Source: Nostoc sp. PCC 7120 = FACHB-418 (lineage in GTDB: Bacteria > Cyanobacteriota > Cyanobacteriia > Cyanobacteriales > Nostocaceae). Taken from it: 32,000 nucleotides of DNA. Position 1 is the stretch's first letter. Every line of letters starts with the position of its first letter. The stretch lies in assembly GCF_000009705.1 (NCBI RefSeq), contig NC_003272.1, forward strand, positions 3,240,001-3,272,000, in the 5' to 3' direction. Below the pieces are notes generated by a model. The model was given only the letters and a program-made list of their open reading frames with translations. It ran no database searches and was not told where the DNA came from. Below, piece after piece: positions 18,301 to 25,800 of this stretch. The position numbers and the translations under genes were made by a program.

Positions 18301-19766
18301 GTGATTTTATCGCTGCGAGTTTCGCCGTTCTCAAACCCCAAGGAAGATTTGTAGAAATCGGCAAAATTGATGTGTGGACAGAGGAACAGGTAAAACAAGT
18401 CAAACCAAATGCAAATTACTTCTTAGTAGATTTAGTTGACTTGTGCCAGCAACAACCGGAACTGATACAGAATATGTTAAAGCAGTTAGTGGAGGAATTT
18501 GAGCAACATCGCTTGCAACCCCTAGCTGCAAAAGTATTTCCGATGAATCAAATAGTAGATGCTTTCCGGTATATGCAGCAAGGTAAGCATATTGGGAAAG
18601 TAGTAGTAGATTGGGGGCTGGGAAATTCGCTGTATCCTCTCAAAGAGAATTGTACTTATTTAATTACTGGCGGTTTGGGTGGTTTAGGTTTACTTGTAGC
18701 GGAGTGGCTAGTAAAAATGGGGGCTTGTCATCTCCTCCTATTGGGACGCAATGCACCTACAGCTGATGCAGTATCAAAGATTCAGGAATTAGAAACTACT
18801 GGTGCGAGAATAGCGATCGCCCAAATAGATGTATCCCAAACCGCAGCTTTAAGCAACATCTTGACACAAATCGAAAACTCCGCATATCCCCTAGCCGGAA
18901 TTATCCATGCGGCGGGAGTATTAGATGATGGCGCATTACTACAAATGAACTGGGAACGCTTTCAAAAAGTCATGGCGGCGAAAGTCATGGGTGCTTGGAA
19001 TTTGCATACATTAACCCAACACCTACCCCTAGATTTCTTCGTCCTTTTCTCCTCAGCCACCGCCTTATTTGGTTCACCGGGACAAGCAAACCACGTAGCT
19101 GCAAACACATTTCTTGATACCCTAGCCCATTACCGACATACCAAAGGCTTACCCGCCATGAGTATTAACTGGGGAATTTGGTCAGAAATTGGTTCAGCCA
19201 CCCAAGCCACCAAACAAATGCAGCAAAGAGGAATCGAAGCGATCGCTCCAGCCGATGGTATTCAAATTCTACAACACCTCATGACCCAACCCCTCACCCA
19301 AATCGGAGTAGTACCCATTAATTGGCAAAAATTCCCTATTAACTCACCATTTTTCGAGAATTTTTACCCAACTAACAACCCAGAAACAAGGCAAACACCA
19401 CCCCCCAAAACAGATTTACTAGAAAAACTATCTCAACTAGATAAACAAACAGGTTACGAACTACTAGAAACCTATCTTCAAGAACAAATAGCCAAAGTCT
19501 TAGGTTTCCCACCCCATGAAATCAACCCCCAAACCGGATTTTTCGACTTAGGAATGGACTCACTCACAGCCATCGAATTCAAAAACCGCCTCCAAACCGA
19601 CCTAAAAATCACACTCCCCTCAACAATAGCCTTCGACTATCCCAACATTCAAACATTAGCCCACCACCTAAACAATCAACTACAACCAACCCCAGAACCC
19701 CAAACCGAACCCTCCACAGCAGAAATCGCCCAACTACTAGCCCAAGAACTAGAACAACTCAACTAA
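12399..19766 (+). CDS. Type I polyketide synthase module 1: KS-AT-DH-cMT-(psiKR)-ER-KR-ACP
   Basis: Start: I prefer ATG 12399 ([11 protein letters not shown]...) over the GTG at 12330 used by the ORF track, because 12330-12398 is repeat sequence.

Approximate domains:
- KS 12499-13775: DTTCSSS with Cys codon 13011-13013, [15 protein letters not shown].
- AT 14065-14960: GQGSQY, GHSLGE, and the malonyl-type HAFH at 14679-14690.
- DH 15189-15995: [28 protein letters not shown].
- C-methyltransferase 16290-17040: EIGAGTGG at 16541-16564, [10 protein letters not shown].
- ER 17690-18610: [17 protein letters not shown].
- KR 18655-19200: [23 protein letters not shown].
- ACP 19450-19680: GMDSL with Ser codon 19560-19562. 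Confidence 0.92.
14244..14276 (+). repeat. STRR-like heptamer tandem repeat (AATTACG x4.7) in frame inside the PKS1 AT region
   Basis: AATTACG AATTACG AATTACA AATTACG AATTA, 33 nt in total, translated as [11 protein letters not shown]. The PKS2 paralog has no equivalent residues at this position (by-eye alignment: ...DNENNHKLLSQTLYTQPALF). Confidence 0.8.
15484..15514 (+). repeat. In-frame variant of the CTCTGCG-family repeat inside the PKS1 DH domain
   Basis: CTCCCTTTGCGCCTTTGCGCCTTTGCGTGA is translated as [10 protein letters not shown]. The PKS2 paralog reads EIVSTTSNHDWITHATG where PKS1 reads [21 protein letters not shown]. Confidence 0.7.
17587..17626 (+). repeat. In-frame copy of the CTCTGCG-family repeat in PKS1, between the psiKR region and the ER
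   Basis: CTCTCAAAACTCTCTCTGCGTCTCTGCGCCTCTGCGTGAG nearly matches 7491-7525, including the CTCTCAAA(A)CTCT lead-in. It is translated as [17 protein letters not shown]2 is shorter here (RLTRCTLQILPHEPYRLTI). Confidence 0.8.
17937..17965 (+). repeat. Candidate palindrome-ended short insertion in the PKS1 ER domain
   Basis: GCGATGGCTTCGCCCGCCGCAGGCATCGC has ends GCGATG/CATCGC and encodes [13 protein letters not shown]1 is about 7 aa longer than PKS2 here ([33 protein letters not shown] versus YVTTNANYVIKKPDSLSFTAAATIPA). Confidence 0.45.
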
Positions 19767-19828
19767 ATCAATTCGCAATTCGCAATGGACTAACGTCCCG
19801 CTACGCTAACGCAATTAAACTTCTTAAA

Positions 19829-19871
19829 CCTCCGCGCCCCTTTGCGTTTACCTCCGCGCCCCTCTGCGTTT
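19829..19871 (+). repeat. Small dispersed repeat forming the leader just upstream of the PKS2 start codon
   Basis: CCTCCGCGCCCCTTTGCGTTTACCTCCGCGCCCCTCTGCGTTT differs from 12347-12388 by about one base. Both copies are followed by AAAAAA, three or four more bases, and ATGAC. The upstream spacer (19767-19828) also holds CAATTCG x2 heptamers and a GGACTAACGTCC hairpin. Confidence 0.8.
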
Positions 19872-19880
19872 AAAAAACAC

Positions 19881-22800
19881 ATGACACAAGACTACCGCAC
19901 CCTAATGCAAAACGCCCTCAAGCAAATCCAAGACTTGCGGGAAAAACTAAAAGCTCAAACCGAACCCATAGCCATAGTTGGGATGGGCTGTCGCTTCCCT
20001 GGAGGTGCAGACACCCCCGAAAAACTGTGGCAATTATTACGCAACGGAGATGATGGAATTACTGAAATACCGAGCGATCGCTGGTCTATAGAAACCTTCT
20101 ACCACAACAACCCCGCCACCCCTGGCAAAATGTCCACCCGTTACGGCGGTTTCATTGGACACCTAAAAGAATTTGACGCAGACTTTTTTGGTATCGCCCC
20201 AAAAGAAGCCATTTCCCTAGACCCCCAACAACGCCTATTATTAGAAGTCACTTGGGAAGCCTTAGAAAACACAGGTATCTTACCCGAACAACTTACAGGT
20301 AGCCAAACCGGAGTTTTCATTGGTATCAGCAGCAACGACTACACCACCCACCTATTAAATCGCCCAGTCACAGACATCGATGCTTACTTAGCCACAGGTA
20401 ATTCCCACAGTACCGCAGCCGGTCGGATTTCCTACATCTTAGGATTCACAGGCCCTTCCTTAGCCGTAGACACCGCCTGTTCCTCCTCCCTAGTCGCCGT
20501 ACATCTCGCCTGTCAAAGCTTACGCCAAGGAGAATGTCAACTCGCTGTAGTTGGTGGTGTAAATCGCATCTTTTCCCCAGAATTTACCATCAACTTTTCC
20601 CAAGCGCGGATGTTAGCAGCCGATGGAAGATGTAAAACCTTTGATACTAAAGCTGACGGTTTTGTGCGGGGTGAAGGCTGTGGTGTAATCATTCTACAAA
20701 AACTGAGCGATGCCCAAGCCGCCCGAAATCCTATACTAGCAGTAATTCGGGGTAGTGCCGTCAACCAAGATGGACGCAGTAGCGGCTTAACAGTTCCCAA
20801 TGGCCCCGCACAACAAGCTGTAATTAGACAAGCCTTAAAAAATGCGACTGTAGAACCTAGTGATATTACTTATGTAGAAGCACATGGAACAGGTACAGCC
20901 TTGGGAGATCCCATTGAAATTGGCGCATTAGGGGCTGTATTTGGCGAAAGTCATCAAACATCACCTTTATTGGTAGGTTCACTCAAAACGAACATCGGAC
21001 ATTTAGAAGCAGCTGCGGGTATAGCGGGGTTAATGAAAGTAGTGCTGGCGTTGAAACATGGAGAAATTCCGCCACATCTGCATTTTCAACAACCAAACCC
21101 CCATATTCCTTGGGAACAATTCCCAATTCAAATTCCCACCACTTGCACACCTTGGCATGGTAAAAAATTAGCTGGGGTAAGTTCCTTTGGTTTTAGTGGA
21201 ACTAACGCCCATGTGATTTTAGCAGCTTCAGAAATTCAAAATCAAAATAAAGAAAATACTATAAAACGTCCTCTACAAATTTTAAATTTATCAGCTAAAA
21301 CTGAGACAGCATTAAAACAACTAGCACAAAACTATATAACCTACCTCAAGGAACATCAAGATATTAATTTAGCCGATATTTGTTATAGTGCAAATACTGG
21401 GCGAAGCTCCAGAGGAGCCGCTTCGCTAACGCAATTTGAACATCGTCTATCTATCATCGCCAATTCCATCACCACAGCCCAAGAAAAATTAACTTGTTTC
21501 ATCAACAATGAAGCCACCACAAATCTATTTACAAATAAAGTAAATTCTCCATCTCGTCCCAAAATCGCCTTCCTCTTTACCGGACAAGGTTCCCAATATC
21601 AAAACATGGGCTGGGAACTATATCAAACTGAGCCATTTTTTAAAGAAACAATAGATAAATGCTGTGAATTACTATTAGCTAACTCAGGCTTAGACTTACA
21701 TTCAGTATTATTTCCACAAGACAACGAAAATAATCACAAATTACTTTCCCAAACTCTCTACACCCAACCCGCATTATTCATCCTAGAATACGCCCTTTGT
21801 CAACTGTGGTTATCCTGGGGAATCAAACCTGACTTCTTCATGGGACATAGCGTTGGTGAATATGTCGCCGCTTGCATTGCAGGAGTTTTCAGTTTAGAAG
21901 ATGGCTTAAAACTCATTGCTACTCGCGCTCGTTTAATGCAGCAACTACCACAAGGTAAAATGGTAGCAGTAGCAGCCAGCCCATCTCAATTACAAAACTT
22001 TTTATTACCTTATGATCAACAAGTTTCTATTGCCGCAATTAACGCACCTAATAATACAGTAATTTCTGGTGAACCTGCTGCGATTGAAAAAATTATTGCT
22101 GTTTTAGTATCCCAAAATATTCAAGCCACACCTCTATCAGTTTCTCATGCTTTCCACTCACCCATGATGGAAACAATGTTAGGAGAATTTGAGAAAATTG
22201 CTGCTACTATTAATTTCCATCCCCCGAAATATCCAATTATATCTAACGTCACAGGTAGCTTAATTAATTCAGAAATTGCAACTCCTGAATATTGGTGTCG
22301 TCACATTCGCCAACCAGTGCAGTTTCTTGCTGGTGTCGAAACGCTAATTCAACAAAATTGCAGCATATTTTTAGAAGTCGGAGCAAAGCCAATCTTACTA
22401 CAAATGGCACGCTCTATTATCTCCCAAGCCGATAAATATTTATGGCTACCAAGCTTACAGCCAAAACAACAAGATTGGCAAGTAATGCTATCAAGCATAG
22501 CCGCAATTTATGGCAGAGGAGTAAAAATTGATTGGCATAAATTTGAGCAAAATTACCACCATCAACGCTTAGACTTACCAAATTATCCTTTCCAAAGACA
22601 GAATTTTTGGATAGATATTAAACCAGTAAATAAAAATTACTATTCATCTTCACCTAATAACATTCATCCCTTATTAGGACAGCAATTAAACTTAGCTAAA
22701 TCTTCAGATATTTACTTTGAGCAACAACTTACTAATAATAACCCTGATTATCTCCAAGACCATAAAGTATTTAACCAAATCATCTTACCTGGAGCAGCAT

Positions 22801-25800
22801 ATTTAGAAATGTCTTTAGCTGCGGCAAAGACAATATTTAAAAATAATAGTATTTCTGTAGAAACAGTTTCCTTCCAAGAGACGTGTATTTTAACTCCAGA
22901 TAATCCCAAAAATATACAGTTCATCTTGAAAAATAATCATGAATTTGAAATTGTCAGTACCACATCAAATCATGATTGGATAACTCATGCTACTGGTAAA
23001 ATAAAACCTCACAACAATATTCCCCAACCCCAGCAGATAAATCTTGGAGAACTGCAAAATACATTCACCAAAATCATCGATATTACCGATTTTTATCAAA
23101 ACCTAACCCAAGTAGGAATTGAATACGGTGAAACCTTTCAAGCTATTACCCATATTTGGTATCTTGATAACCAAGCTTTAGCAGAAATTCACCTACCATC
23201 AACTTGTAATTGTCGGGATAATTATCAATTTCATCCCATTATTCTCGATGCTTGCTTGCAAACTATAGCAGCAATTTTTTACAGTCAACCTACACCCTCT
23301 AATTCTTCACAAGATATAGAAAACCCCTCTCCAAACCTCTCTCCTAAAAGGAGAGAGGCTTTAAATGTTCCCCCTTCCCTTGTAGGGAAGGGGGTTAGGG
23401 GGTTAGGTTTAAACACAACAAATCAAGTTTACCTACCTATTGGCGTAGATAAATTGACAATTTATCTACCCATTGGTGAAACCGTTTGGAGTTTAGTTAA
23501 ATTACGTACTCAACACAAAACCGCCTTTGCTCTTGTAGCAGATATTCAAATCTTGTCCCCATCAGGACAAGTAATTGCTCTAGTTGAAGGATTACAACTC
23601 AAAAAAATCCAATCGCCAAATATTAAAGATTGGCAAAACTGGTTATATGAAATTGAATGGAGAAGCCAACCTTTAAGCATCACCTCTGATATTTCTCTCA
23701 CCTCTCCAGCAGAAATCTCCCAAGAATTAGCACTTAAATTCACAGAACTATTAACAACAGAAGAAATTAAAACTTATGCCCAATTACTACCACAATTGGA
23801 AGCATTAAGTCTTTATTATATCGTCCAAGCCTTACAAAATCTAGATGTTTTATCACCAGAAATCGCCCCACAGCATCAGCGATTATATACACACCTACTT
23901 TCTCTCATCACAAATCAACGTGAATATGAAAAACCCCAACTTTCCCCAACACAACACCCAGAAATAGCCGCAGAATTAACTCTGATAGAGCGTTGTGGTA
24001 CAAATTTAGGTAAAGTTTTACAAGGAAAATGTAATCCTATAGATTTGTTATTTCCCAACGGAGACTTAACAACCCTCACACAACTTTATCAAAACTCCCC
24101 TGGTGCAAAGGTAATGAATACCTTAGTACAGCAAGCAATAAACTCAGCTTTAAAAGATTTACCCCCAGGGGAAAAGGTAAGAATTTTAGAAATTGGTGCA
24201 GGTACTGGCGGAACAACAGCTTATGTTTTACCCCAACTCGTCCACCAATCTGTAGAATATGTATTCACAGATATTTCACCTTTATTTTTAGCAAAGGCGC
24301 GTCAGCAATTTTCAGAGTATGAATTTGTGAGTTACCAAACCCTGAATATTGAACAACCTTTAACCAATCAAGATATTACACCTCATAGTTTTGATATAGT
24401 AATTGCAGCTAATGTTCTCCACGCAACTGAAAATTTAAATCATACAATTACTAATGTTAAATCATTACTCAATAATCAAGGTTTACTCATTGTTTTAGAA
24501 GGCACTATTCCTAGTATTTGGATAGATTTAATTTTCGGTTTAACTGAAGGTTGGTGGCGTTTTCAAGACCAAGATTTACGCCCTCATCATCCCCTCATTT
24601 CTACTACTGCTTGGCACAGTTTATTAAAAACACATGACTTTACCAACATTGTAAATATTACTCCTGATTCAATTCTCCCAGAAGCATTAGCCCAACAAAG
24701 TGTCATTGTGGCACAAAATACCCCACCCCAACCCTCCCCTTATAAAAGGGAGGGAGAAGAATGCTTAATTATTACAGATTTACCAGCATGGGGAGAAGCT
24801 ATAAATCAACAATTAAAATTGCCATCTTTTACCCTCAAACCTTCAGACAACATTGCCGAATTTCCGCATCAATCTATTAAACACATCATTTATATTGCTG
24901 GATGTCAAGACAATATCACCGAATGTAATAATATTCTTCACCTAGTCCAAACCCTAATTAAGACACAACATTACCCTATCAACCTTTGGTTAGTAACTCA
25001 AGGTGCTATTAGTCCCCACACTATCACAGGATTAAATCAATCTTCTGTTTGGGGTATGGGTAAAGTCATTCGTTTAGAACACCCAGAATTAAATTGTCGT
25101 TGTGTCGATTTAGATCCTACACAAGAACTGTTTACCCAAGTTGAAAACCTCGTTACTGAAATTACCCATCCTGGAGAAGAAGCACAAATTACCCTACACA
25201 AATCTGAACGTAAGGTAGCCAGATTAACTCGCTGCACTTTGCAAATTCTCCCCCATGAACCTTACCGTTTAACTATTGCTAAACGTGGTGTAATTGCATC
25301 CTTAAAATGGCAATCTTCACCCCGTCGTCAACCCCAACCTGGAGAGGTAGAAATTCAAGTAAAAGCCACCGGATTAAATTTTATTGATGTTCTCGACGCT
25401 TTAGGATTACTACCTTTTGAACGTAATTGGTTTGGTGTAGAATGTGCCGGTGAAGTTGTCGCCATTGGTGAGGGTGTTACACATTTAAATGTCGGTGATG
25501 CTGTGGTTGCACTGGCGGCTGATAGTTTTAGTCAATATGTGACAACTAACGCTAATTATGTAATTAAAAAACCAGATTCCCTCAGTTTTACAGCCGCAGC
25601 TACCATTCCCGCCAATTTCCTCACTGCTGCTTATGCTTTGCGGGAAGTTGCCAAAATTCAACCAGGAAAACGCATTCTCATTCATGCAGCGACTGGGGGA
25701 ACAGGAATGGCTGCTTTACAAATCGCCCAACAAGCAGGGTTAGAAGTCTTCGCTACAGCTAGTGTTGGGAAATGGGAGACTTTACGCGCTTTAGGTGTGC

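Noticed and set aside
7498-19871. The repeated GCGCCTCTGCG-type units, considered as a possible CRISPR array.
   Set aside because: The copies are kilobases apart and occur in both orientations. Several lie inside coding sequence. There are no regularly sized spacers and no cas genes.
8654-20800. The other small track ORFs nested in or antisense to the loader and PKS genes: 8654-8857, 8954-9145, 9675-9911, 10565-11118, 12511-12825, 13688-13876, 15453-15635, 16084-16803, 17336-18028, 20141-20800, 23546-23743 and 25037-26815.
   Set aside because: All overlap long ORFs with dense conserved PKS, FAAL or ACAD motifs. Their own sequences are low-complexity or motif-free, so they are most likely frame artefacts.
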